Source: Octopus vulgaris (taxonomy: Eukaryota). From it: a stretch of DNA of 64,000 nucleotides. The notes beneath the pieces were generated by a model that was not told where the DNA came from, did no database searches, and was given only the letters and a program-made list of their open reading frames with translations. A program made the translations under genes and the position numbers. How positions within the stretch are numbered: the first letter of the stretch is position 1; each line of letters opens with the position of its first letter. The stretch covers positions 39,742,001 through 39,806,000 of the forward strand of contig OX597827.1 in NCBI GenBank assembly GCA_951406725.2, written 5' to 3'. This document shows, piece by piece, positions 39,468-54,900 of the stretch.

Positions 39468-41759
39468 TACTTTATATATTTCATTGTATGTATATATATA
39501 TATTGAGAGATATATAAAAGCATATTCATATATATATATAAATATGTGTGTATGTGTGTATGTGAACATCAATAATTGCGTTTTTTTTCCATTATGTTTC
39601 TGTTGCCCTTGTGGCAAACAAGAAATCATTACTATTAATATGATATATAAATATATTATTAGCTATGACAGAGATAATGCAATGTCTGTATGGCGGCATC
39701 TCTTCTACATTGACTTCAGCAGAGAGTGCGAATAGAGAAGAGAAGAAGGAAGTAAGTAAGTCACCTGTGGAAATATGTCAAAGACAATAAAACGGTAATG
39801 CCACAACAGCAACAAATGGATGAAATAGAAGTCGAAGAGCCTGATAAAGGCTGAATCGGAGTTTGGGGTTTAGTTATGTTGGACACATAAGGAAGAGATG
39901 AAGAGAGAAAGAGAGAAAAAAGAAGAGAGAGTAAGAAGGAATGAGAAAGGTGAGCGAGAATTAGAGAAAGTGTGAGGTGTGAGGTTGGAGTCTGACCAGT
40001 GCTGCTAGTCAGCTGATTATAGGCAATGTGGCAACAGCTGCAGCAGCATCCTCTTCTGCATCCACACTATCTTCAGTCATATGACTCACTGTCCGTCATC
40101 ATCATCATCAATTCCTTTCTTTCTGTCTTCCTCCCTCCCTAGAAAACAAAGCCACATCGGTCAACAACAGCCAGTCAACCAAGCACTTGGACTCAGACAC
40201 ATACAAAAGACTCACTGTATACCATAAACATACATAGACACAAGCATACACAAATGTGTGTGTGTGTGATGTGAAAGTATATTCCCCCTCTCATTCACAC
40301 ACTTACATACATGCATACATACATACATACATACACACACAACATATATAAAAAACATAAATTGTGCATGATGTGTTTTCTCCTTCCTCCTCTCTCACAC
40401 AAATACAACATTAATATTTCACATCACATCAACTGCATCAACCTTATATTCATCTGTCTCATCGAACAGAGCCCCACCCTATGGAACTTGTGTGTGTATA
40501 TACATAATGATGGGTAGTAATGTATGTTTGCGTAGAATATACAACAGATATACATATGAATTTGCTTATATCTCAGATATATGAGCATGTATTTAATGTG
40601 CACACGTTATACTGATACACGTTTCACATATACACCATATATATATATATATACACATATATATATATATTGGTGTGTGTGTGTATGTATGTGCACACAT
40701 TTTATCAATACACATGACTCACTCACTATTTATATATACATGCTTTAGAATTACCCACTAGCATACACAAAACACAGTAATACATTAACAGATATTACAT
40801 ACGCACCATGGACATATAGACATTATAAATACATTAGCATACATTACATACAAACTGTTACACATAAACAATGTCATATACAACTAAATTCACACACCAG
40901 TATACCTTTTTCATTAAATACCCTCATTCGTCTACAATATAGCCATTAATTATAGCAGACATGTGATAAAATATAACACAAACAGTATAAAATATGATTA
41001 CAGTATGCACAATATATAGTCCTTAAAACACACACACACACATATACTACATCAAATATTTGAAATGCAAACAGTTACATAGATGATATATACAAGTATA
41101 CACACACTAGGTATACAATATGCATTAACATACATTGTTCATATAACACTATATTTATATAGGTAATTCACATCATATATATTAACATGCACTTTTTAAT
41201 ATACACAAACTACATCAATGCATATTATACACAAACACATTTAACATCCTATAAATACCCACTACAAACATTTTCATAAACTGAATATACACAGTGTATA
41301 AATATTATTGTAAATGTACTCACAAAATCACACTCACAAACGTACGTTATACGAAAATAATATTCACAAGCACACATCACATACATAGTACATATTATTG
41401 GTTTAAATTTTGGCACAAGGCCAGCAGTTTCAGGGGTTGGGGTAAGACAATTATATTGACCCCTGTACTCAACTGGTACTTATTTTATCAACTTCAAAAG
41501 GATGAAAAGGAAAGTTGACTTCAGCAGACACAGTACATACTTTTGATATATATATATATATATATATAAATATTACATTAAAATATGACCGTGTACTAAC
41601 CATATACATTCATGTGAGCAGACACTCCACATACACACATCACATAATACAACACACTGCACCACACAACATACAATACCATGCAATATCTATATTCACA
41701 CCATACAAGGGAACATTTATATGGCTCTAAATGAAATAGTGACTAAATTTCTCACTAAT

Positions 41760-42054
41760 CACATTGTATCATGTTAGATATGGAAAGGACACTTTCTCGG
41801 TTTCCTTGGTGTATAGGTTCCCCACCAGGATGGGATGCCAGTCCATTGTAGGTGAGCTGCAAGATGCAGGAGGAAAGAGTGAGAGAAAGTTGTGGCGAAA
41901 GAGTCAGCAGAAGTTTGCCATTACCTTCTGCCAAAGCCACATGGAGCTTAGGTGTTTTGCTCATAAACATACACATCGCCAGGTCTGAGATTCGAACCCG
42001 CGATCCCTCAACCACAAGTCTGCTGCTCTAACCATTAGGCCATGTGTCTCCACC
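41760..42054 (-). mobile_element. SINE with family C head and body but a different 3' tail
   Basis: Head and body align with 13430-13610. The tail is CTACAATGGACTGGCATCCCATCCTGG..GGAAACCG. Confidence 0.8.
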
Positions 42055-42509
42055 ATGCAGTCTTACATACTCCTAAAAAAGAAAAAATGATGAGACTTCA
42101 AACAAATATAAAAAACAAAAAGGTGGCTAAAATCATGGAATCCTGCTAGAACGTCTTTGATCAAAAGCCAGCTCAATCAGGTTTTGGCTAAGAGTTAAAC
42201 AATGACAGCACAACAATACACACAATGTATCAGTGCTCTCAATTGTTAATAAAAACCCTTCTGTTTCTGTTTTAATGAAATATTTCCATCAGCAATTTAG
42301 TGAAGAGAAATTGATTAGAATTTTCAACATACCAGAGAGGTTTTTAACGGGAAAGATTGTTAACTGCAATCTGTTGTTTAAAATAAACATTTTGTTGTTG
42401 TTGTGTAAGCCCCAGTTCTGACCTAATACAGCATAGCTATGGTATATAGATATTGTTTTTAATAAGATGATCAAAGAAGGAGAGGCAGTGTCCATGACAT
42501 TTATGAGCC

Positions 42510-42852
42510 TTTCTAGGCTGGTGAGATTGATGTGGTTCATGTTTAGTTTGAACATTCTATAGGTTGATTTTTGCGGGAAAAATATGGGTGAGGAATAAAT
42601 TCCCAAAGGTTGCAGTCCTGGAAATGGAGGAGTGGTTGAAGTGTTTAATATGGTACCCGAGAAAGAGCAACTTAATAAGAATTACAAGAGAATGAAGGAC
42701 AAACAGGAGGAGCAAGCCTGAACAGAAAAGGACATATAGATAACTAATTCAGAGAAGCGGAAGCAAGGACAAAGTGTATGAAGGACAAATAGAAGAAGCA
42801 AGCCAGAATGAAGAGGGATATGTAGATTATTAATTCAGAGGAGTGGAGGCAA
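42510..42852 (-). mobile_element. CR1/L2-group LINE 3' remnant with an 86-bp tandem duplication
   Basis: HFNHSSISRTATFGNLFLTHIFP..FKLNMN resembles the SFFPRTxxLWNxLP..FK motif. ATGAAGGACAAA..TAATTCAGAG is duplicated at 42692 and 42778. Confidence 0.5.
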
Positions 42853-43004
42853 TTGTAACAGCAATAAACAAAAAGCAAAATGAGGAATCAGTGCATCTGT
42901 ATGTTTCATGCTGCAATATGTTGGCAAAATGACCAGGTGCAATCCACAGACTTTCTATCTTTTATTTGATTAGTATAGATGGTTGGCAGAAATGGTACTG
43001 TTAA

Positions 43005-43235
43005 GGCGGCAAGCTGGCAGAAACATTAGCATGCTGGGCAAAATGCTTAGCAGTATTTCGTCTGTCTTCACATTCTGAGTTCAAATTCCGCCAAGGTCCA
43101 CTTTGCCTTTCATCCTTTCGGGGTCGATAAATTAAGAACCAGTTGCATACTAGGGTCAATATAATCGACTTAATCCCTTTGTCTGTCTTTGTTTGTCCCC
43201 TCTATGTTTAGCTCCTTGTGGGCAATAATGAAATA
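43005..43235 (+). mobile_element. Full-length family A SINE with TSD
   Basis: Perfect 16-bp TSD AGAAATGGTACTGTTA at 42988-43003 and 43236-43251. Confidence 0.9.
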
Positions 43236-45628
43236 AGAAATGGTACTGTTAGAATACAGAGATTACACTATATATTTTCATCCTGCTGAGATAAAATTTG
43301 TCTTTTGTTACAAGCAAGATGAATAAAATAAGCAGTGGTAACAGGCTGAAATTGATTCAAATGATTGACTCTGTCCCCAACTTACTAATTTGTGGTGGCA
43401 TTGTACTTATTTAAGAAATTGTCATCATTACTTGTAATATAAAATAAATCATTATATCATATTTTCCAGTATAGTATTTGGTTTTCTTCCTTGTAAAACT
43501 GACTTCAGTTTCAGCAAAATTCAAGTTAGCCCATCATTAAATCTTACAATTACACTTAACTATCAAGAATTGATATCACATCTGGGAATCCTGCATGCAA
43601 AAGAAAGCTGGCATCTTACTGGAAAGGGAGATTTATATCATCCAGAAAACTGTTGCACTGATGTGCCAAAGTACCCAGGTATAGTTATATTTATGTGACA
43701 TGTAAACAGCTTTGCAGCTTTAGCCATCAGAGTATGTAGAATGCCAGGTTGGTCACCAAGCAAAGAGTTAGCAGTCCAAATTTTGTCACCGTCATTTAGC
43801 TGCATTGCAATCTGACTACAACTAGATGACATCTTTGTCAAATGATTTAGTCCAGTTATTTATTTATAAACATATAACCATAGTGAGAAAATTATAAAGC
43901 ATGAAACAAACAAAATCTTGCAGTAGCAGAATGTAGAAGTCTATTGAAATAACCTCCATGAATTACCAGCTCTTGGTCTATTGACCCTGGAAAGAGCAAA
44001 GAACAAAACGAACCACAGAAAAATTTGAAGTTATTTTAGAAAGAGAAGGATAAAAAGTTAAGGAATTTAGTCCAATATCACACAACATCCACCTCAGCAC
44101 ACAGATTTGAAGATAGAGGATTCTAGTCAATTCAGGCAACACCAATACTTGACTGGGGCATAAATGTTTGTTTGAGAAGAGTAGTTAATAAGATTATAAT
44201 TTTTATTATTAACTGCTAACCTCATCATTAGAAATGAAAGATTTTTTCTAATATTTACATCTAAACGATTTGCAACTTTGTGAATAAAAATGTTATTACT
44301 CTTAGTATAGAAATAAAAGGTTCTTATTTCAAACTGAGTCTGATACATATGATCCAGAAATAAGACACCTGTAGATCAACAGAAATTAAAAGGATCAAAA
44401 CAGTGTAAATATAATAAATATTGTGAAAAAACTTACTCTGAACATGAAAATAATTGTAATCTTATTAAATGATAATTATTTTAGCAAACTCAAAAGTGAC
44501 ATCTGTGGGATTTTCAACAAAGAACAGAGCAAAATAACTAAATTTCACTCCAAAGATTCTTTAGCTTAGAGTACTACGTTTAAGTTTCTCTGTAGGACCA
44601 AGAGAATAGCTCTAAGAAAGACCATTCCTGTACTTAGTCTTAAACGAGAGTTTCTCCCAACTATTCTAGTGAGCTTTGTTTATAGAATCAGGTGCCAAGT
44701 TTTAATTACAGACTATGTGTGAGAGGTAGTGTTTAATCACAATTTGTTTCTTATTCTTCATAGCCAAAAAAATTAAGCTCAATGTAGAATTAAGTGTACC
44801 ACCACAAATGTACTTTCTTATTTACTAATTCTAGTCACTGTATTGTTGTCATATTAGGGCATTGCTTTCAAAGGTATACTCAATTATAGCAAATATAATA
44901 TTTGATTTGCATTTAAGCCATTAACATTATTGAGATGGTTAAAAGGCAAGATCAGCTGGGTAGGATACAAATTCAGGATGTAAAGAGATGTGACCTAAAA
45001 ACCAATTCTACCATCCATTGTGTATGACAGAAAGATAAAATATAGCCATGGCCCTATAAGCTAAAAAGTCCAGTGTATATTCACATATCAAATTCATTTT
45101 GGTAATGTGAAGACAATAGATTACAGTAGTATTACAAAGACAAGTTACTTAAAGTTTAATGCCATCAACGAAAGAAGACTGATAAAGCTGATTCTTGAAA
45201 GAAACAACAGGCAAAAAATTGTGCAGAAGATGGTGATGTGGGCAGGACACCAAGCTGTTTCATTGTAACTACATAGAGTTCACAAAGTGAAATAAGTATG
45301 TTGTGGGGAAGAAAATAAATCTGACATTTTAGGCTCCAATAAAGGGCCCTTGCTTGAAATATCAGATTATTTCTTCTTCTTAATGGCATTCTAACTTAAT
45401 CTCACTATTAAACTCTCTGCACTTATTATTTTCCAAAACAGAGTATGACTAATTACTCATTCTCTAAAACTTTTCTTTGATAGTGACAACATCATAAGTT
45501 GGCAATTCAAATCTGCTGGTGGTATATTTTGCATGTTTTGGGACAGACATTCTATTCTGCATTTCCTTGGATTAGCCAACTGTCTAGAATAAGTAATAGA
45601 TCTAAAAATACCATGTGATAGATGGGTG

Positions 45629-45681
<53 letters not shown>

Positions 45682-45933
45682 ATATGTGTGTGTGTGTGTA
45701 TGTAAGGCACACTCACACATACAAATATACATGTATTTTATGCATACAAATAAATGTTGTTTGTATGATGTAACTATATATATATATATAAAGGATGAAC
45801 CTCTCTCAGTTTTCTTGTACCAAATCCACTTACAAAGCTTCAGTTGGACTGAGTCTATATTAAAAGATACTTGCTCAAGGTACTCTGCAGTGGGACTAAA
45901 CCTGAACTTTGTGATATATATATATATATATAT

Positions 45934-46192
45934 AAACAATCGCAGTGTGGAAGGTGTTTATAAGCCATTTAAAAACACACAAAAACCATCAGATTCATTT
46001 CAACATTTAAATTTAATTTGTCAAAATATTTTCGGTGCTTTGAAAACCATGATCTGTTCACTGATAAAATTCTGTGCTGCATCTCAGTGAACAAAAATAT
46101 TTTGACAAATTAAATTTAAATGTTGAAGTGAATCTAACGGTTTTTGTGCATTTTTAAATGGCTTGTAAACACTTTCCATGCTGCCATTGTTT
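45934..46192. repeat. Foldback element (arms of about 100 bp) with a variant hammerhead-like core
   Basis: Arms at about 45934-46032 and 46093-46192. It is flanked by (TA)n and inserted at the head of a minus-strand family B SINE. Confidence 0.8.
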
Positions 46193-48496
46193 TTGTTTCA
46201 GCAAACAGTCTCAGATCAGGTCACTTGCTATGCAAGTACATCTCTGTAATATATATATATAAGCCAGGATGTTGTTTTCTGCACAGGTTCACAAGTTCTT
46301 TGTCTAAGATGCTGTACATCTTAAGAAAATACCTTGTGGTTGTAACTTTATAGTTGTGAACTAAATTTCTTAACCATAAGAGCCATGCACATACTTAAAA
46401 AACGCCTTGGAGTTACATTCAACAGTTTTTGTTAGTGAGCAGTATTTTTCTTTTATCACTTAATCAGAGAAGGAAGAACCCTTTCCAGGGCCTCCATAAG
46501 TAAAGGGAAGAAGGAAGGTAAGTTATTTTCAGACAAGAGATCTAGTCTGAATGTATGTTGCAGAGTGAATCTGCTAAAGACAAGCCAAGGCCCAGGTGCT
46601 GGGGTCATAAACTAGATGATGGATTATAACTACCATCCAAGAAAAGGAACAGTCCCTCAGTGTGCTTCTACTTAGTTTCCATCAACCGAATTTTGCCCAC
46701 AAGGCCTTGGGTGACTTGAGGCTATAACAGAAGACACAATCCAAAGACGTCTTCTATAAGCTAAGGTATGCAGTGGGATCGAACTTGAAACCATGTAGCT
46801 GTGAAACAAACTACATTCCTTGGAGTTTACTAATTATTTACAATCAAAATTATGGATACTCCACCATTGTTTGAAGTCAGCAGTTTGTTCCAGTATGTAG
46901 CTTGAAGTCAACCTTAACATGTTGTAATATATAAATGTATGTGGGTGTGTGTTTTGTAAAAGATGGTGAGAATAACAAGTGGGTGTCTGTGTGACTACAT
47001 AAGTACCAAGACAGCATTGCTTGAACTGATATACATAAATTTACCTTAGCTAAGGTATTGAGTTCTTTTTACTCTGCTGATAAAGATATTTTGTAAGTAT
47101 GAACATTTGCAAATACAGCCCCCACTGACTCCATGTGTATGTGTATGTTTAAAAAAATTTATAGCTTTGCTCTGGAATGACTCTCAAGAGTATACACACC
47201 CATGGTTACAAAGATAACTAAAAATGTTTTTAGGTTTGTTATCCTTTCAGTAGTTTCTGCTCAACCTAGCCTTTCTGCTGAGAAACTAATAGCTATATGC
47301 ATAAAAACACTGCTTACCTCATATGTGAGTTGATTTGTAACACTGATATCAATTTGACAACAGATAAAAGTTCTCTTTACACTAAACACAGCATGGAAAC
47401 TAAAACATTCCCTTTTACCAAAGTATATATTTACACATATAAAATATTGTCTGGGTGTGAGATGAATCTTTGGAAAATATACTCTAAATCCTTGGAAAAA
47501 CATCATAGATAAAATAAGCTCAAGTAAGGTAAAGTCACTGCAAACACTAAACCTCACAAACTATGATCTTTTATGGTGATCTCATAAATATATAATTAGC
47601 TTAATTTATTTGCTCTGAGTTATGAAGTGCAGATGATTCCAAAGAAGGATGAAATAGTACTTAACACAGCTATTAATGACTAGGAGCTTAAAGGTCTTTG
47701 TAATAAGTAGAATAAAAAATTATTAAATGTGTATATTCTGTACACATTTTTCTTTACTTTTTAATGTAAATTTCAAACCCACCTCAATGTACCTTAATTT
47801 ACAAGGGATTGTCTCTCATATGTGGGTTGACCACCAAGAGTACACATGTTAGAACCACATATATATAACATTGCCAAAACTGTATCTTGAATATTAGGAT
47901 TCTTCTTCAAGGTCTGATGATACTTTAGCCTTCATCAGCTGTTGACTTACACAATAAATTTGGGGAATATATTACATTTTCTTAGGTTGGAAAAAAGAAA
48001 TATTTTGTTTCTACAATCAAAAGCATAACTGCAATCAAAAGAAGTTCAGGGAGAAGAATTACTGGACATTATTACCAGAAATGTATATTAAGCAAATCTT
48101 AAGACCTACATAACAATGCTAATATTAATACTATAAGTAATAAGAAAAGGTATTGTTGTGACATTCAGTTGTGACAGTCATACATCTCTAAAAGCAATAC
48201 AATATTGGTTTGAACTAAGACTCCAAACAAGACTGAATTCCCTGTGTATGTGTGAGTATGTATTTGTTTGTGCATATGTACATATATGCATGTACAGGTA
48301 CTTGTATGAACACCAATATAAAAATGCAAAAATAACGAGTGTTAGAGTATATACGTATGTGTGTATATATATATTTTCATATGCTATATTGCATGTGTAT
48401 ATGGATGTATGTTGCATGTTTGATGCGTTATGTTTGTGTTCTCAAGACCTCATCACTGAATATAAAATTTGCTGTAGTAATTTTCTTGTATGTGTG

Positions 48497-48546
<50 letters not shown>

Positions 48547-50580
48547 TTATATACATGAATGCATATAGACATATATACTACAATCATTAAGTAGACCAGT
48601 TCACTGAGAAGGTTGTACAAATATCGCAGCAGTAATAAACCATCGTAAAAGTTCAGCATGGAGTTCCAACAAATTCAAAGCAATTCATTTTGGAAGTTAC
48701 CTCTATGCATCTAAGAGCAAGAGACCACCTTCACCCCATCAAGTGCCTTCTTTATCAGATAGATTGCATCAAATTATATTTGCAACAAATCTGCTTGATA
48801 TCACCACCTTTGATAAGAGATATACACATATCACAGACATGTATCGTACATATACATAGGTGCTCTATAGTTATACATACAAATATACACATCTAACATG
48901 CACTCAGACACATAACACATGTGCACACACATGTACATTTATCCTACATGTACACATGCATAACTTATGAAAACATGTATGCTACATAATGTGTATGTGT
49001 AGGATACATGTTCTTAGCATCAATGTGGTATGAAAAGTACAGAAGAATGAAGGCACCTACAGACCAGTAATGGAGGGAATTCTCTTACAAATCTAATCTC
49101 CCAAAACACATCTTTATGCCTGTTATTATTGTTATGACAAAGTGTGTACAAACCCACCTGACCACATAATGGCTGATCCTGGATCATACATATACATACA
49201 TGCATCATAGACATGCACATGTGCATCTTACACATATGTACACTCGTACTACATACGTACACAACAAATATAGATTATAAAAAAAAAAAGCAAAACTAAA
49301 GACATTAGCTCCATCATGGCCAACTGTGAAGCAATATCCTCTAGATATTACCTTACTATAAGGTAGTGGCATAAAACCTGTGCAGTAGCCCCTGCTTGGG
49401 GGTGTTGTGAGCTCATAAGAGGGTGACAGATGTCAACGAAGCACTACAGGGTGAGTGTCATTATGACAAATGAAACATTTAAACCAGGTACAGTACTTTT
49501 ATTTTAAACAAATCTTTGTCAAAATTAGAATATGATTAAGATATTGCGTAATTTGTGAGCAAAAATGTGACTGCTGAAGTTGACCTTGCCTTTCATCCTT
49601 TTGGGGTTGATGAAAATAAGTACCAGTCAAGCACTGGGTAAGTTGATAACATCAACTAGCCCCCTCCCCTAAAACTTCAGGCCTTGTGCCTATAATAGAA
49701 AAAATTATATAACTCTTTACCTTCTTTAGCAATTTCTGTAAGAATTTAATATATAAGGTAGTAGTCCATGCAAATATCCATGCTGGGTGGTATAGTATAT
49801 GAAAATATGATTGATAAACAATTTCACAAAATTAGCTTTCATTTGATTAAAATAATCTGCTCCAAGGCTTTTGGGGATAGTTTGGGGAAACATAGCAAAA
49901 AGAGTATTTCAAAAAATGCTATTTGGTAATGGGTGGGAGGCGGGGTACTGAGCTGCAAAAAGTTGAAAACTACTCCCATACGGTCCAATTTAGTAGCAAA
50001 AGCACTCTGAGATAGAGTAAGAAAGAGAAAAAGACAACAAAATGAACAGATTGTTCATCTTTATCAGATGGATCAAAAGAATATTGGTGAATTTTAAGTA
50101 AAAAAATATCATCACAAACAAATGAAAAGACAACTAATCTGATATTGTTGTTTCAGACCACAAAATATAAATATATTCTGTTGTAGATGTCACCTATTTT
50201 TTTTATGTTAATTAGTATGAAAAATACAAGAGAAAATAAACATTTATGGACCCCTAATGAGGACCCTGGAAATCTTGTACTCAAAATACACTTACAAAAA
50301 TACCCAATACACTTATTATTATGTCAGGGTGTGTATTGAACCAGCTGACCAACTTACAGTTGAATCTGATCTCTTGAAGGAATACTTAGCAACAAAATTC
50401 AAACATGAAGGAGGATTACAATATTTGCAACTAAAAATCTGTACCTAAAATTGAAAAATAAACGGATAAAAAACAACAGTTTTGTTTATATCTATTTTTT
50501 TACATGGGTGATCAGTCAAAATAGATGTGGAAACATAAATGGAAAGAGAAAATGTGTATAAATGTGGATAAATATATACA

Positions 50581-50612
<32 letters not shown>

Positions 50613-52879
50613 GTATGTGTGTGTTATATATACAATGCACATACATGCAGTAAACACACATACATAAATTCACAAATACTTATATATATAAAGATACACA
50701 TTCACATACATACATGGACACATATGTATACACACACAAACATACACAGGTATATATATATATATATATAAGCACATAGACATACTTACACATCTGTACA
50801 TATATACATTTAAAAAAATAAATACATATTACTGTTCAATGAAGTATGTATACATATTCAATATGAACAATACACAAACAATCTATTGCGACATAAATTT
50901 AACGTACTCAAAGTGTACGCATACACCTACATATTTATCGATTTCATTCAACAAATAAACAGCAGTGATGCTCTAGCATGGCCTTAGCTACACTAACACA
51001 CACATACACACACATTACTATTGACTAAATTATGTATGTTTGTGTTGCTTACCAAAGAATACGCATGTATGTGTGTTTTCATTTGTTTTGTATGAGAAAT
51101 AAAAATACATAAAAATACAATTTAACATTAAGCTGAAGGATCACTCAATAGTTTTTAGGTGCGTCTGACAATAATTGGTGTGCCAAAGCTTCAAAGTCAC
51201 TGTCAACATTTTCCTTGTAAATAAAAAACAAATTGTGTATATCATATGCATAAGTCACATGACTGTTGCTCACTGTGAACATGATAAAAGGACAATAATA
51301 ATACAGGCAAGATCAAAAACAGTGACATGATGAGATCTCTCTCAGCTTATTTCTATTTTGTCATTTTTTAAAAATTTCTATTATTAACATGTGAAATTAA
51401 TTGTCCTGTCAAAGGGATAGAATTAATTTCTACAACCTAACAGTTATGCACCTAAACAGAGAGTGAGTGTATCTATCAAAATATGGTTTAATAAACAGTG
51501 TGGTCAAATGATTTGCTGCTATGGCAAGAAGCTGTTAGTGACCACTGTGGAAGATCTATAGTTCATATTACTTAACATGTAAGTGTGGGGGGGATATCTA
51601 TTTATATGAGTGTGTGTGTGTGTGTATGTGTGTGTGTGTGTGTGTGAATCACAACTGTCCAACGTATGGGAACATGAAACTCTGACTAGCAGTTTTTGTG
51701 ATATTTTTGAGGTATAATAATAATAATAATAATATATATATTATATATATGTATATATATATATATAAATACATATAGATAGAGAGAGAGAGAGAGAAAT
51801 AAAAGACTATGGAACCTGGTGTGGCTCCTGACCTTGCCAGCTCCTGTTAAACTATCCAACCAATGCCAGCAAGGAAAACCGATATATGATGATGATGATG
51901 GGACCTAATCATGTACATTCATTTAACAGACCTGGTAATCAAGTTCAATTTCCTCCGGATAAAGAAATTAGACTGTTGTCGACTGTTGATTTCCAGCAGT
52001 TTTTTTGTTTTCATTTACAGGAGTAGTCAAAATACCCAAAACGAATTGACTTGCATCATGTGCACGACCATATCATTCACTTGAAGGTAATACATCTTAG
52101 GAAGTTGTAAGCAGTTTGGTATGTCCTATCAAGTTCTTCTACAGATACTTAAATAGATATCTCCTTTTTTTTTTCCCCCCAAGTCTTTCTTAAGTATGAA
52201 CATTATATGTTCAGTCAATTCCAACCATTATTACTTGGCATTTGCATAATATTAATTTTCTGTTATTTAGTTTTGTGAGCCAAATAACATCTTAACATTA
52301 TAATAAGTCTGGTGAGGCACTTATTCAAATTCAGTAAAGCAATCTCACAGTAATGCTGAACTTGCAAGAGGTTCTGTATGTCCAGAAGCCTTATCGAACT
52401 GAATAAGCAATCATCACCCAAATTGATCTCATTCTTTTGTTAAACAACACTGATCATGTGAACATTAGGCAGTCAAATGACACTGTATGTAAAATATAGC
52501 ATATGCAATACTGCAGTAGCATAAATGTTATGTACATTCACGTACACATGTACACACATATATACACAAATGTATACTGACACACATATACACCATACAT
52601 AACTGCACATACATTATACATACATACATATATATATATACATATATATACATATATATATACATATATATACATATATATACATATACATACATATACA
52701 TATACATATATATACATATACATACATATACATATATATACATATACATACATATACATATATATACGTATTATATATATATATATATACAAAGTCGTAA
52801 ATGACAGGCAAATATTTTGATGAACTTTTATTTAACAATAAGAAAAATATTTTGATGAACTTTTATTTAACAATAAGAA

Positions 52880-52946
<67 letters not shown>

Positions 52947-53090
52947 ACTTCACGTCAGCTTTCCATGCTGGCACAACAAGATTCAAAAGGACAGAGGACC
53001 ATTTCTTGTTTGTGTGTGTGTGTATGCATGTAGAAATATTAGGTTAACTTCCTACTTATCCCACTACAGTGTACAGCTTCTGTCAACTAA

Positions 53091-53153
<63 letters not shown>

Positions 53154-54439
53154 TAATTTTGCTATAAGGAGTTTTAATAATCAAGGCACATGAATTCGTA
53201 GGATGCCAGAAATGGCTAGGTATGATAACATAGTGAGTTAAACAACATTGAAGGCATCAAGCGCTGGTTGGATACAGTAGATATGCATATGCCAAATCCA
53301 ATTTAAACCATAGATCTAACTCAGGGGTGGGTCCTCAGTGTAGCATAGGTATAAAAAGTAAATACCATTTGTGTTTATATATATATATATGTGTGTGTGT
53401 GTGTATGCATGTATGTATATAATGCAAAGAGAGCAACAAGAGATAGATATAACTATATGGCTATCACCATATACATCACTGATGTAATCCATGAAATGTA
53501 CTTTTTGGTGGCAGAGAAAACTGAGAAGAAAATGACTGCAACAAATATATTTAAATATCATCGGTTCCATGTTCTATGATGGGGCCATGATAAGAGAAGC
53601 ATTTTTCACACTGGTAAATGTAATCCTCCCTAATATACAGACACATAAACTCATTATACATTGTAATTTGTAATATATAACACATGCATATTATGATACA
53701 CACACACACTGATAGTGAAAGAAACAGTCATTATATCAGAATTTATAAGTTTATGTACATGCACAAATATATATATATATATAGTAAAGGCTTGGTGATA
53801 AGAGTTTTAGACTCACAATCACACGATCACACTTTTGATTCCCAGTCTGAGTGGTACACTACATCCTTAAGCTAAGCACATCAGTTCATATTACTCCAGT
53901 CCAACTGTGGGTTAACTCTGCAACTGATTGCTGTTTCATTCAGGGGTTAATTTTGTATTCTCAATAATTTATATGCTATGGAAAGTGGGATGAGTTCCAG
54001 CCAAATGAGCTTTTAGGCTCAAGAGAGACATCGACTTTAACAAATATGGATGCATGCACACACAAACACACACACACACACACATGACACCACATACAGA
54101 AATTGAACTAGGAGACGCAGTTGTTTGATTCTTGACCAAAGCCAATTCAACTAACTCGGGTCACTTTGAGACATGCACAAACACCACAAAAGCAGTTACT
54201 CTTTTTTTTTAGCCATTAATTTAAGTAGTAAAAGTATTAGTACTATAACATGGGTCTAAAGATTTTCTTGATGATACTTCAAATAATATCCATTAATTTC
54301 CTGCCATTGACTTCTTTTAATTCTAGCTGAGTAGAAAAAGCAAATGTTTTTTGTGTAATTTGTTTCAACATTGCAAATGAAGAGCATCATCCATTTGAAC
54401 CACTCAAAGTAACCATTATAATTGTTTTTGTTCTGGTTT

Positions 54440-54900
54440 GGTCTTACAAGGCATGTCTTCAAAGGTCTTCCAGCCATGGCCATTCATATTTTATTCAGAT
54501 ATGATGAATCAAGGATATTATATATTGTGTCCTTCCATTTTTAAGATGGTAACATTTTGATTTGAAAGAGATTTCCTATTGTTTCCAGCAGGTCAGACAA
54601 CCACTCAGAGACCTCTCTTGCTGGCTGACCAAACAGTACCTTCCTTCTGTATTGAACCATTACAATAAATGCACTAGAAATAATACAAGCTTGCAAGGAA
54701 GCATCTACATGGTCATTTGACCTGCAAGAAACAACAGCCAAATTTCCTTCAAATCACATTTAGCTGTCTAACAAACAAACAAAAAACACACTGGATAATG
54801 TGGTTTATATTGAGTGTATCTTAATAATAAACTGGGTGATCATGGATGAAATGCCTTTGATCATATGTCTTTGAATCAAAGCCGAGTTGAAGCTAAACAA
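54440..54900. repeat. Inverted pair of an ancient, abundant interspersed repeat
   Basis: GATTTGAAAGAGATTT..TTTCCAGCAGGTCA faces TGACCTGCAAGAAACAACAGCCAAATTTCCTTCAAATC. Other copies are near 3120-3300, 4820-4980, 23960-24110, 26010-26200, 26880-27010, 27330-27510 and 36360-36560. Confidence 0.65.

Noticed and set aside
47910-47945. Facing CTGATGA / TCATCAG motifs
   Set aside because: No GAAA or pairable stems, so it cannot be called a ribozyme.
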